In this document: one piece after another, positions 32,201 to 44,444 of the stretch
Layout: the number at the start of each line of letters is the position of its first letter
How positions within the stretch are numbered: position 1 is the stretch's first letter
DNA from: Azolla caroliniana
Taxonomy: Eukaryota; Plantae; Polypodiophyta
DNA: 64,000 bases
NCBI GenBank assembly: GCA_043228905.1
Contig: JBHGNT010000009.1
Coordinates: 7,192,001 to 7,256,000, forward strand
Direction: 5' to 3'
Made by a program: the position numbers and the translations under genes
The notes under the pieces: model-generated
What the model saw: only the letters and a program-made list of their open reading frames with translations
The model's database searches: none
What the model was told of the DNA's origin: nothing

Positions 32201-34737
32201 CGAGGAACCAGCCGGTTACGGTGAGGATACCGAACCGGCAGAAGAAGAAGTAGAGGAAGCTGAGACCGGAACCGGCCAGGACCCCGAATCGGATTCGGAT
32301 GAAGAGCAAATGGACGAGCCAGTTACCGAAGCCCGAAGACGTAGATATCCTCTCAGAGAGAGAAGGGCGCCCCAGAGATTTCCGGATGCAGAGCATGTTC
32401 TACTGACCGATGAGGGGGAGCCGGAAAGCTTCGAAGAAGCGAAGGAAGACACCCACAGCCGAAAATGGTTATGTGCCATGCAGGATGAGATGGATTCCCT
32501 GCATGAGAACCATACGTACGAATTGGTGGAGTTGCCGAAAGGAAAGCGGGCACTCCGAAACAACTGGGTGTACAAGTTGAAACCGGGAGATGCCGGCAAC
32601 CCCCCGAGATACAAAGCCAGGATCGTGGTGAAGGGGTTCCAGCGGAAGAAGGGCGTGGACTTCGACGAGATATTTGCCCCGTTAGTAAAGATGACCTCCA
32701 TCCGGACGGTGCTGAGTATAGCAGCAAGCATGGACCTCGAGGTAGAGCAGTTGGACGTGAAGACGACATTCCTTCACGGTGACCTCGAAGAGGAGATCTA
32801 CATGCAGCAACCGGAAGGATTTGTGGAGAAAGGGAAGGAGCACCTGGTATGCCGGTTGAAGAAGAGCCTGTACGGACTGAAGCAGGCTCCCCGGCAATGG
32901 TACTGGAAGTTCGACTCCTTCATGACCGATCAAGGGTACCACAAGACGCAGGCTGACCACTGTGTGTTTGTGAAGAAGCTCGAAGGAGGGGACTTCCTGA
33001 TACTCCTCCTGTACGTGGATGACATGTTGATTGTCGGACGAGACCAAGTAAAAATACGGATGCTGAAGAAGGCTCTCAACCGGACCTTCTCAATGAAAGA
33101 CTTGGGTCCGGCAAGACAGATGCTGGGGATGCACATCATTCGGGACCGGTCAGTGAAGCAATTATGGCTGTCATAGGAGAATTACGTGACAAAGGTGCTT
33201 CACCGGTTCAACATGTCAGATGCGAAACCGGTCGGATCGACACTTTCGGCAAACTGCAAGCTATCCGGCAAGCAAAGCCCGAAGAAGAAAGGAGAGAAGG
33301 CAGATATGATGAAGATTCCAGATGCCTCTGCCGTCGAGAGCTTGATGTACGCAATGGTTTGTACCCGACCGGACATTGGATACCCAGTCGGAGTGGTGAG
33401 CCGGTTTATGAGCAATCCCGGCAAGGAGCACTCGAACGCGGTCAAGTGGATACTCCGGTATTTGAAGGGCACTTCAAATATGTGTCTCCGATTCGGCTCC
33501 GGAAAACCTCAACTAGACGGTTTCACCGATTCAGACATGTCGGCTGATGTGGATACCAGCCGGTCTACATCCGGGTATGTGATGACATATGCAGGGGGAG
33601 TTGTTTTGTGGCAGTCGAGGCTGCAGAAGACGGTTGCATTGTCAACCATAGAGGCGGAGTACATGGCGGCTGTGGAAGCCGGCAAGGAAATATTATGGAT
33701 GAAGGACTTCATCGGAGAGCTCGGTATCTGGCAAGAGGAATACCGACTCTACTGTGACATTCAAAGTGTCATCCACCTTGCTAAGAATGTGGCCTACCAT
33801 TCCCGGACGAAGCATATCCAGCGGAGGTACCACTGGATCCGGGAAAGAGTAGATGACCAGGAGTTCGCACTGACGAAGATCCACACGGCCGAGAACGGGT
33901 TAGATATGCTGACCAAAGTGTTGACACCCGACAAGCTGGACGCATGCCGGAAGAGGATCGGACTGGTAAGACCATGCCGGAGTGAAGGGGGAGTTTTGTT
34001 GGGAGACAGGTCCCTCCGGATGGGAAGGGAGAAGAACAGTGCCAACGAACTCCGGATGGAAACAGTATGAGGAGTACCCGGCTACGGAGAGCCGGATGAT
34101 ACAGGCCCGATGTGAACCGGATGAGGAGTACTCGGCTACGGAGAGCCAGATGATACAGGCCCGGTGTGAACCGGATGAGGAGTACCCGGCTACGGAGAGC
34201 CGGATGGTGCAGGCCGGGTGTGAACCGGATGAGGAGTACCCGGCTACGGAGAGCCGGATGGTGCAGACCCGGTATGAACCGGAGGAAGAGACATATTCGT
34301 AAATATGTTTCTGAGAGCCCATTGTGGCTATATTTGTAAATAGCCGAAAAGTCATATTAGTATAAATATGACTTATGGCAAACTAATATATGTTGTTGTT
34401 ACTTTTCTTGTTGGTGCAAGAAGAAGAGAGAGCACGTAATAGTGTACAGAGAGAGAGAGAGAGAAAGAGGTCGTTGCCTCTGTTGTAACCGCCGCGTGTA
34501 GCGAAGATCTGTGACCACGAGGTCGTTGCCTCAGTGAACTCACTGTTGTACATTCTCACATAGTGACAGTTTGCAGCCTGTGGGCTGCCGTGGTTTTTTC
34601 CCTCTTTGGGTTTTCCACGTAAACCTCCTGTGTATCTTCCTCTCCTTTGTGTCGTGTTTTATTTCCCGTTTTCTGTGTATCATTCTACGCTCGGTTGTGG
34701 CCGAGCGTCGCGCATAAGGAACGTTGGGTTCCCGACA
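29226..34737 (+). mobile_element. CopC: full-length Tnt1/Tork-like copia
   Basis: LTRs at 29226-29912 and 33997-34737. TSD AAGGG. tRNA-iMet PBS at 29915-29926. PPT at about 33984-33993. Confidence 0.97.
29943..33985 (+). pseudogene. CopC gag-pol with stops at 30618 and 33174 and a terminal frameshift
   Basis: Motifs CFYCGKPGHFQKNC, WVVDSGAS, integrase core, YVDD, RNase H. Colinear with CopG. Confidence 0.93.
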
Positions 34738-35292
34738 AAGGGGATATATAAGTATACACATATAAAATATTTATTATGGATCTCATTCAGTTTTTAGTGG
34801 ATTCAAGTGTAGCATTTGGCTTGAGGATATGGCTCAAGGGTGTAGCTCGAGTATCTAGCTTACGATTTTACTTGAGGATTTGTGTTAGAGACTAGTTAAT
34901 AATTAAGAATAAATATGACAAAAGATGGACCAAAGAAAGGAAAGAGGGTGCCAAACCACTCAACCACCCCTAATAATGATCTAACTAGACTTGAATCGAA
35001 AGAGCCATAGCCACATTGCCAACGCTTTGATATAGGTCAAGTCTCCCCCTCAAAAGATAACTCTAGTAACCTTCTAATATAGGTAGAAACTATAGGCCTT
35101 GGTGAATTCACACACTTGACTACATCATATGAAGTCGTCAAGTGATAACAGACCTAATTGTTTATCTCGGAATGTAGAATTGTAAATACTCAATTAATTC
35201 AGATATCATAACTCAGGATTAGTTATAGTTATCCCATCATAAGATCAAGGAAAACGTCATAAATCTTAATTCATGGTTAGTTATGTTATCCT

Positions 35293-38200
35293 TGTTGAGA
35301 AGCAAGCTCAACATGGTATGTGATGCTTATGAGAAATAAGCTATAGTAGCTATTTAGCTACTAGTGAACAAAAAGGTAAAACAGCTATTTAGCTAGTGAC
35401 AGCTAATTAGCTAGTGAACAGCTATTTAGCGACTGACAGCTAATTAGCTACTGGCAGCTAATTAGCTGCATGTGTAATAACTTATGACTTAGGTAAAAGT
35501 AAGAGTGAGTGAATAGAAAGGTAGTAGTAAGAAAAAACAGAGAACAGTGAGTAGAGAACTCTGAGAGAGAGTGAGAGACCAGAAGACTGACGAGAGCAAG
35601 TTGAGCTCTACATGTAATAGAAGAAAACCATTTTGCTACTACAGAGGTAAGTCCCCTTTCCTTTCTCTGTCTGTTTAGAGCACGCTAACGATCCAGCACA
35701 CTACGATCCGCCGCGCATACAAAAGAAGAGCCCGAGTGCCTTCTTCACGTTTTCTTAACATGGTATCAGAGCAGAGTAGCTCGTAAGGAAGAGTATAGCA
35801 GTGCCTTAATCTGAGAAAGTTATTTCCCTGGTTGCTGATCAGAAATCAGAAAGTTACTTGTTGAAGTAACTAAAGCAAAACCCTGGTTTTTTGGAAGAAA
35901 AAAATGGTTGCAGAGAATGTAGGCCAAATGGTCACAGAGAAATTAGATAAAAACAATTTCCCGGCGTGGAAATTCAGAATGACAAACTTTCTGATGGGGG
36001 AAGGATACTGGGATTACATTGAAGGAGACCTAGAAGAGGCTCCAGAGATCCCAGAAGAGAATGCAACAGCTGCACATATTAAGGCATTTAAAGATTGGAA
36101 TCAAGGGGCAAGGAAAGTAATGCATTGGCTATCACTCAGCATCTCAGATTCAATGCTTGGGCATATACAAGATGCTATGCTCCCAAAAGAAGCTTGGGAC
36201 AACTTGGTAAAACTGTTTGCTGTGAACACAAAGGCTAGAAAGCTCCAGTTAAAGACTGAGCTAAATACCTTGGAGAAAGGTAAGATGTCAATAAATGAAT
36301 ATGCCCTAAAAATCAAGAGTATATGTGAATCACTTGCTTCTATCAATGTGAAGATAGAAGATGATGACAAAGTGGAAATATGCTTAAGAGGCTTAGGACC
36401 TCAATACAAGAGTTTTAAAACTTCTATGCTCACAAGGGATAGTATCCCAAGTTTTTCAGATCTGGTCTCAATGCTTGTGGTAGAGGAAAGGAATCAGATG
36501 GATGATGCAAATAAAGGAAACTCAAAGAACGAGGGGCAAGCCCTCTATAATAATGCCGGAAGAGGCCGAGGAAGAGGCCATGGAAGATTTGGCTCAGGAA
36601 GAACCAATAATAATGGCTTTCAAGGAAGAGGACAACAAGCTCATAGAGGAGGAAACAACAACAGAGGCAGGGGGAGCAACCGAAGTAGAGGTAAGCAAAC
36701 TTATGTAAATGATGATGGCTGTTGGTATTGTGGTAAACCAGGCCATACACAGGCTGAATGTTACAAGAAACAAAATGATGAGAAAAGAGGAAAAGGACAA
36801 CAGAGTAACTATGCCTCTACTAGTGAAGATTGTGAAAAGGAAGGTGGTTTTGTAGTGCAACATGAGATAGCAGCAGTGGCTGAAAGCTCACAGAAATGTA
36901 ATGAAGAGTTTACGTGGTATGTAGACTCGGGGGCATCTAACCATATGACTGGACATGCAAATTGGTTTGAGAGTTTAAGAGAACCAGAGGTTCCTGGTTA
37001 TGTACAAACAGGTGATGACACAACTCACCAAATAAAACATGTTGGAGATATCCCATTGTGGGAAGAAAGAGGAAAAACCAAGTATATGTTGAATGTGATG
37101 CATGTTCCAAACCTTGCTAAGAATCTGATTTCTGTTGGACAGATTGTAGAGCAAGGTATGCAAGTGAAGTTTAAGCAAAGTGGATGCTATATAGAAAAGA
37201 ATGGGAAGCTCATTGCAAAAGGGAAGAGACAAGGAAGAATGTTTATCTTGGATGTAGAAATGCCCAAACAGATTTCAGCCATGTTTGCAAATGGAACGAG
37301 TGTAATCTCAGATGTGGAAATGTGGCATAAAAGGATTGGCCATATAAGTATGCAAACATTAAAGAATATGTTGAGAAAAGATGCAGTGGCTGGACTGCCG
37401 AACTTGAAAAAGTGTGAAATGGGAAAAGTATGTGAAGCATGTCAATATGGTAAGCAAAACAGGTTGCCATTCCCTCATGAGAGACATGTAAGCAAAAATC
37501 TGTTGGATTTGGTACATACAGATGTATGGGGACCAACAAAGAATGCATCTATTGGTGGATGCAGATTTTATGTTACATTTATTGATGATTGTTCACGGAA
37601 GACATGGGTGTACTTCATGAAGGAGAAAAGTGAAGTATTTGACTGTTTTCGTAAGTTTAAATGCATGGTAGAAAAGCAGGCTGGTACAAGGATAAAATGT
37701 TTGAGATCTGATGGAGGAGGAGAGTATTTCTCCAATGAATTTTCTGATTTTTTGTGTAATCAGGGAATAAGAAGACAGTTCACATGCCGATATACTCCAC
37801 AGCAAAATGGAGTTGCTGAGAGGAAAAACAGAACTTTGGTGAACATAGCAAGGGCAATGATGACTGAGAAGAACATGCCATTATACTATTGGGCAGAAGC
37901 TGTAAATACAGCAAATTACATTTTAAATAGATGTATTACATCAGGAGTACATGAGGCAACTCCTGAAGAGTGTTTTTATGGCAGGAAGCCTAGCTTACAA
38001 CACTTGAAAGTGTTTGGATGCCTTGCATATGTACATGTGCCTGCAGAAGTAAGAAGTAAGTTGGATCCAAAAGCAGAAAAATGTATCTTTGTTGGATATT
38101 CAGAAGAACAAAAAGGGTACAGATGTTATAACCCTGTGACTAAAAAGATTGTGACAAGTCGAGATGTGATATTTGATGAGTTGGCTAGTTGGTACAGCCC

Positions 38201-40736
38201 AAAACAGAATCTAGAGACTGATGAAGACTGTCAAAATGAAGACAAAGACAGATCAGAAAATGTAGAAGACTGTCACAGAGATGGAGACAAGGTTGGACAG
38301 CAAAGTCCAACATCAACAGAATGTTCTGGACCATCAAAAAGCTCAGATGGTAAATCTGATTCAAATTCATGGAGTGGAAAAACTGGACAGAAAAAATCTG
38401 ATGACAAAAAAGGAAAACAGAAAATGCCAGAGTATGAAATCCCGGATGACCTATCAAAAAACATGGAAGATGAAGATTCAGATATGTCTTTGGATGATTT
38501 CCTTGGAATACAGGAAATGAAAATCCCTGGTATGGAAAAGGCAATAAAGAATGCAAATCAGAAACTGAGAAGATCAGATAGAGAGAAAAAGACCGTGGAA
38601 AGATTTGGGTATGATACATATATGGCTATGCACTATGCATATATGTCTAAGGTGGTACAGATCCCTGACCCAAACAGCTTTGAAGAAGCAAAATCTGAGA
38701 AGAAATGGATGGATGCAATGCAAGAAGAGATTGATGCATTGGCTGAGAACAAAACGTGGGATTTGGTGAAGTTACCAAAAGAGAAAAATGTGGTAGGCTG
38801 CAAATGGGTCTACAAGACAAAGCATGACTCCAATGGGAATGTAAGTAGACATAAAGCAAGATTGGTTGCAAAAGGATATGCTCAGATGCAAGGGATTGAT
38901 TATGATGAGACTTTTGCACCGGTTGCAAAGATGGCAACCTTGAGAACACTACTTGCTGTAGGAGCAGCCAGAAAATGGATTTTGCATCACATGGATGTAA
39001 AAAATGCCTTTTTACATGGTAACTTGGAAGAAGAAGTGTATATGAGTCAACCACCAGGTTTTGAAGATAAGAAACATCCTGATTATGTATGTAAGCTGAA
39101 AAAAGCTCTCTATGGACTGAAACAGGCACCAAGAGCATGGCACAGAGAACTTTCAGATTCTCTGAAAAATCTTGGTTTCAAAATGTCAAAAGCTGATCCT
39201 TCTTTGTATGTAAAAAGTGAAAATGATTGCATTGTTATTATTCTGATTTATGTAGATGATTTGATTATTGGAGGAGATTCTGTGGATGAAATAAGAAAGT
39301 TGAAAAAAAATCTGGAAATGCAGTTTCATATGAAAGATTTGGGAGATCTGAGATATTTTCTTGGTATTGAAATCATCAGATCTGAAAGTGGTATATGTAT
39401 GTTGCAAAAACAGTATGCAACAACTATGTTGAAAAAGTATGGTATGCTTGGATGCAAACCTATTGCTGTACCACTTGATAAAAACTGCAAGTTGAGGGCT
39501 GATTTGGGAGCCAAGATAGAAGATGTAAACATGTACAGGTCTATGGTGGGCAGCCTTATTTATTTGACTATAACAAGACCTGATTTGAGCTATGCTGTTG
39601 GATTAGTCAGCCAGTTTATGCAACAGCCAACAAAGCCACATTTGGACTGCATCAGAAGGATTCTGAGGTATGTAAAAGCAACTCAGAACTTTGGACTATT
39701 TTACAGGGCTGATCTAGACATAAATCTGGAAGGATATACAGATGGTGATTGGGCTGGAAGCCAAACAGACAGGAGATCCACAAGTGGATACATGTTTACC
39801 TTGGGAAGTGCAGGAATTTCATGGAGTAGCAAGAAACAGGCTACTGTTGCATTGTCCAGTACAGAAGCTGAGTATAGAGGGGCTGCAATAGCCACATGTG
39901 AAGAAGTATGGATCAGAAGACTGCTTGCTGATCTGGGAGTATATATAGATGGTGCTGTCACAATCTGGTGTGACAATATGAGCAGCATTCAGCTTGCAAA
40001 GAACCCAGTGTTCCATGCAAGAACAAAGCACATTGAGGTGCATTATCACTTTGTTAGAGAAAAAGTGATGGAAGGTGAAGTTGATCTGGTGTATGTGAAT
40101 ACAAATCAGCAGGTTGCTGATATCCTTACGAAGGGATTGAGTGTGGAAAAGCATACACAGTTTCGGAACATGATGGGAGTTGTAGACATTGATATGATGG
40201 CTGAAAAGCATCATGAAAAAGAAGTTGTAGATAACCCCAAGAAAGGATAAGTTGAGCTTGAGGGGGAGTGTTGAGAAGCAAGCTCAACATGGTATGTGAT
40301 GCTTATGAGAAATAAGCTATAGTAGCTATTTAGCTACTAGTGAACAAAAAGGTAAAACAGCTATTTAGCTAGTGACAGCTAATTAGCTAGTGAACAGCTA
40401 TTTAGCGACTGACAGCTAATTAGCTACTGGCAGCTAATTAGCTGCATGTGTAATAACTTATGACTTAGGTAAAAGTAAGAGTGAGTGAATAGAAAGGTAG
40501 TAGTAAGAAAAAACAGAGAACAGTGAGTAGAGAACTCTGAGAGAGAGTGAGAGACCAGAAGACTGACGAGAGCAAGTTGAGCTCTACATGTAATAGAAGA
40601 AAACCATTTTGCTACTACAGAGGTAAGTCCCCTTTCCTTTCTCTGTCTGTTTAGAGCACGCTAACGATCCAGCACACTACGATCCGCCGCGCATACAAAA
40701 GAAGAGCCCGAGTGCCTTCTTCACGTTTTCTTAACA
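35293..40736 (+). mobile_element. CopD: intact, very recent Ty1/copia element
   Basis: 468-bp LTRs at 35293-35760 and 40269-40736, identical by eye. TSD ATCCT. PBS at 35761-35772. PPT at 40261-40268. Confidence 0.98.
35904..40250 (+). CDS. CopD Gag-Pol polyprotein, 1448 aa, uninterrupted
   Basis: Motifs CWYCGKPGHTQAEC, WYVDSGAS, WHKRIGH..CEAC, HTDVWGP/LRSDGGGEY/NGVAERKN, YVDD, TDGDWAG/EAEY/CDN/ADILTK. Confidence 0.97.
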   Translation: MVAENVGQMVTEKLDKNNFPAWKFRMTNFLMGEGYWDYIEGDLEEAPEIPEENATAAHIKAFKDWNQGARKVMHWLSLSISDSMLGHIQDAMLPKEAWDNLVKLFAVNTKARKLQLKTELNTLEKGKMSINEYALKIKSICESLASINVKIEDDDKVEICLRGLGPQYKSFKTSMLTRDSIPSFSDLVSMLVVEERNQMDDANKGNSKNEGQALYNNAGRGRGRGHGRFGSGRTNNNGFQGRGQQAHRGGNNNRGRGSNRSRGKQTYVNDDGCWYCGKPGHTQAECYKKQNDEKRGKGQQSNYASTSEDCEKEGGFVVQHEIAAVAESSQKCNEEFTWYVDSGASNHMTGHANWFESLREPEVPGYVQTGDDTTHQIKHVGDIPLWEERGKTKYMLNVMHVPNLAKNLISVGQIVEQGMQVKFKQSGCYIEKNGKLIAKGKRQGRMFILDVEMPKQISAMFANGTSVISDVEMWHKRIGHISMQTLKNMLRKDAVAGLPNLKKCEMGKVCEACQYGKQNRLPFPHERHVSKNLLDLVHTDVWGPTKNASIGGCRFYVTFIDDCSRKTWVYFMKEKSEVFDCFRKFKCMVEKQAGTRIKCLRSDGGGEYFSNEFSDFLCNQGIRRQFTCRYTPQQNGVAERKNRTLVNIARAMMTEKNMPLYYWAEAVNTANYILNRCITSGVHEATPEECFYGRKPSLQHLKVFGCLAYVHVPAEVRSKLDPKAEKCIFVGYSEEQKGYRCYNPVTKKIVTSRDVIFDELASWYSPKQNLETDEDCQNEDKDRSENVEDCHRDGDKVGQQSPTSTECSGPSKSSDGKSDSNSWSGKTGQKKSDDKKGKQKMPEYEIPDDLSKNMEDEDSDMSLDDFLGIQEMKIPGMEKAIKNANQKLRRSDREKKTVERFGYDTYMAMHYAYMSKVVQIPDPNSFEEAKSEKKWMDAMQEEIDALAENKTWDLVKLPKEKNVVGCKWVYKTKHDSNGNVSRHKARLVAKGYAQMQGIDYDETFAPVAKMATLRTLLAVGAARKWILHHMDVKNAFLHGNLEEEVYMSQPPGFEDKKHPDYVCKLKKALYGLKQAPRAWHRELSDSLKNLGFKMSKADPSLYVKSENDCIVIILIYVDDLIIGGDSVDEIRKLKKNLEMQFHMKDLGDLRYFLGIEIIRSESGICMLQKQYATTMLKKYGMLGCKPIAVPLDKNCKLRADLGAKIEDVNMYRSMVGSLIYLTITRPDLSYAVGLVSQFMQQPTKPHLDCIRRILRYVKATQNFGLFYRADLDINLEGYTDGDWAGSQTDRRSTSGYMFTLGSAGISWSSKKQATVALSSTEAEYRGAAIATCEEVWIRRLLADLGVYIDGAVTIWCDNMSSIQLAKNPVFHARTKHIEVHYHFVREKVMEGEVDLVYVNTNQQVADILTKGLSVEKHTQFRNMMGVVDIDMMAEKHHEKEVVDNPKKG

Positions 40737-42183
40737 ATCCTTGTAAAGAATTCTCCCGCTTCAAAACATTTTGAACTTTTTCAATGACTATTTAAGTGTG
40801 TTTGATATGTTTTACCAACTAGAAGATTTCGCCAATTAAGAAAAGTAACCAAAATGTTTAAGGCCTATGAGTAGTCCGCAAAACTTGTGCACCTAATTTA
40901 TCACACTCACGTGTACATAAAGTATTAGAACTTGGAAATACACATAGTAATACCTTTTCATTTACGGTTAAATCCAAATGGTTGTGAATCCTAGTTTGCC
41001 TAAAAGTTATCTTATGCAATATAAAATAAGTTTATCTCGTATATAGTTTGTATTGTGTATAACTCATCATATTGAATGTCAACATTGATCGAGGCTTACA
41101 CACTAAAATCATACATCAACACTAAAGGACTATCTCCAATCCATGTATGTTCGAAGAAAACTATATAGCAAAAAGTTATTTTTCTCATTATATCAAAAGT
41201 TATCCTCATTGGTCTGATTACCTATTCAATTGGACATCAATTAGGTTTGAGGTTGGTCTCTAGAGCTTGTGGTTAAGGTAATTTCTGGTTCCAAAATAGG
41301 GTAGTAATTTGGAAATCTTTGGCACTTATTATATCCTTGGTAATCTGACCATGGTGACATTTAGTTATATAATCATTAATATCAAAATGCATCTTCAATA
41401 AAAAGAAATGAGTAGAAATTATAACAAGTGTATGATGTATTCGAAGTTGCCTTAAAGAAATCTTATTTTGATCTCACAAAATAATGGAACGTAAACCTTT
41501 CCAATACAGTTTTGCATGCCATTAATAATGTGGAAGGTTCCCTTTGAGGATGTAGCATCAAATAACATCTTCGCTAGATTAATGTAGATCCTTACATGTT
41601 TCTTCATAAAATTATCCATCTACTTGCGATTGCATATTTCGTGTGTGTTTATTTTAGATTACGTTCCGAAACCTTTGAGGCTTCCCCATTGCAATGAGTG
41701 GAGCAATAAGTGCTTTTGTGTGTTGATGTATGATGTGTGTTACCAGCATGACCATATAATATCCCGCGGTGAGATTTTACCGTAGTATTCTATACACGTG
41801 GATATGTGTGAGGGTTAAACGAGAGTGTAAACAAGGGGAGGATTACTTTTAATCCTCGGGATTGAGACAACCCATTAGCCAAGTGTGAAGTTGCTTGGGG
41901 GCCTTGGGTCCTGCAATAAATATGAGGCCTAGGTACCCTCATTTCATCATCTGTTTACTACCTCGAGACTCAAACAGTGTGGTGGGTCAACTCTTCTAAC
42001 AAGCGTGCCAACACTAGGTCCGACTCGACGCCACGTCGGTGGTATGGGATGCCGATCGAGGCTCGAGTCTGTCTCGATCCCTTCGCTTGGGGGTGGTAGG
42101 GTGGATCGGCACCCTTCTTTCTCTCGCTCCTTTCTTATTTCATATATATTATATCCTTATCATATGCTTACATTAGATCATCA

Positions 42184-42205
42184 CTCTAACAATTGGTATC
42201 AGAGC
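42184..42205 (+). mobile_element. Relic LTR end plus tRNA-iMet PBS of an old element
   Basis: CTCTAACA-AT-TGGTATCAGAGC; no recognisable gag follows. Confidence 0.55.
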
Positions 42206-43406
42206 ATGTGCAGATGGCTTCTTCGGCTCTTTCCTTTTTTTCTCTAGTAAATGGCTTTACGAAAAATGATGGCTCATTATGACGCTCATCGGGTCTATGA
42301 CATTTGATGCGTGGTTGAATTAAGGAAATTTTGTATTTGTATCAAATACGACTCAATGGGGATTGGCCAAGGAGGATTTCCTTGAATTCCTTCAGCTTTA
42401 GCTGATGACATCAGGTTGTTATTATGAGCCATTGAATGATAATTTCTAGCAAAGAAATAAGATAAGGTCAGACAAATAGTCAAAACATCATGTCATGATG
42501 TAAACATATCATGGGCAAACATTAATCAATATCATGATCGCACGTCAATACCCCTCTATACGTATGAAATGAGGTTCAAGATCAGGTTACTATGGTAATA
42601 CAAAGGTGTTTTAAAAACCGTGGGGGTGACAAATGAATGTCTTTCCCTGATCTCTATATCGATTTTTTCATGGCAACTCCCCGAGGCTCAACCATGTATG
42701 TTCATGTCATGAATAGTTTATACACGAAAAAATGCTAACAATAAATTATGTTTCTGTAACCACGAATGTGGTTTCAACTCTTTAAGTCCTATTACGAGGA
42801 CCCCGAAGTGCACTTAGACCTAAAGTCTAAACATGTGTTATAGTCATATGTATCAACAATCCCTCTAGTAGCCCACAATGAGGAGGTGACTCTTTTTCTC
42901 AGCAACACATATTATACCTCATTCTCTACTTAACAAACATTCCCATAATATATACATCATATGAGGAGAACATGCCTCTCTCATATTTCATGTTATTATT
43001 TCAGCAAATCCATGATCTTATGGTAGCCCTTGCTCTTTTAACACAGTTAATGCCATGCAACTAGTTATTGACCACTCAATATAGGGTCGAAGCATGCTAC
43101 GGTGTACCAACTTTTGGCCAAAAATTTAGTACTAAATCGAAGAAGAAAATAAACATTAAAAATTGTAAATAAATTTCAAAAAAAAAAAACAAATTCATTA
43201 TGTCACACTCGAATGCACAAAGATATTATACGTCACACTCGAAATGTCCCTAGGCCATATTTAATACATTAATTGTTGCCCCAGTCTCCTAGGTAGAGTT
43301 GTACGAAAGCACACCTGGAGAAGGTATCCATTGTGACAGTTGGTTAGTCTCAGTATCTCTCTCTCTCTCTCTCTCTCTGGTATGGGTAGTCGAACGTGTC
43401 AGTTGG

Positions 43407-43440
<34 letters not shown>

Positions 43441-44444
43441 GTCTCGACGTTGGCGAAAGTTAAAGACGACATATCTATTACAGGTCTATCTCTCTCTTTC
43501 TCTCTCTCACTCCACCTTCGAAGCTTTGTTTCTTTGTTTCTTTCTGTTTCTCTCTCTCACTCCACCTTCGATTCTCTGTTTCCCCGCGTAGCTGTTCTTG
43601 TGTTCCCCTCTGTGCCAGGTTCGATCTCTGAACTCTGTATACGCAGAGATTTTTGTTTCCCTTGCTCGTTGTATGTGTTGTTGATTTTCCTTCCTTGTGT
43701 ATGCTCGTTTGTCTCCTCTGTGTATGCTCGTTTGTCTCCTTTGCAGCAGCCTTGTCAACAACCTCTTGCATAAAGGTGATTTTGAAGGCTTGGTGTGCTC
43801 CCAAGGTGTCGAAATCAACACGGTGTGGTACCTCTGCAAGTTGTACGACCTCCAGGTATTCTCTGTGTTGCATGCCCAACTGGTATGTTTTCATTTTCTG
43901 AATGTTTCCTGTCTGTCTGTTTTTTATTTGCATGTGTATGGCCATTTTTAGGTTTTGATTATTCATAGTCTATGTGTTGCATGCCCAACTGGTATGTTTT
44001 TGTTTTCTCTATGTTTCTCTGTGTTTCTTTTAAAAATGTATGACAATATTTTGATCGAGGTGGTTGTGTGTTAGACATGTTTGTACATGCAACATAAATG
44101 GAGTTGGCTATGATGAGTTGCTATGTTTTCGTTTTGTTCTTGTTTCCTGTCCATCTGTTTTATTTTGTGTGAGTTTGACATGGATGAGTGTTTTTCCGAC
44201 TATTTTGGGTTTTTGTGTGTTTGACATGGCTTGTACATGCGATGTGATGGAGTTGGCTATGATGATTTACAATGTTTTCGTTTTCTTTGACTTTCCTATC
44301 CGTCTGTTTTTATTGTCTGTGTGTTTGACATGGATGAGTTTTTTTCGGACTATTTAGGGTTATTGTGTGTTTGACATGGTTTGTACATGCAATGTGATGA
44401 TTTGCTATGTGTTGATGGTAATTGCTTGAGTTTTCTTCAAGTAC

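Noticed and set aside
35293-35320. TGTTGAG..CTCAACA followed by TGGTATG, mimicking a mini-LTR plus PBS
   Set aside because: Only 6 nt match tRNA-iMet, it is present in both LTRs, and the true PBS is at 35761.
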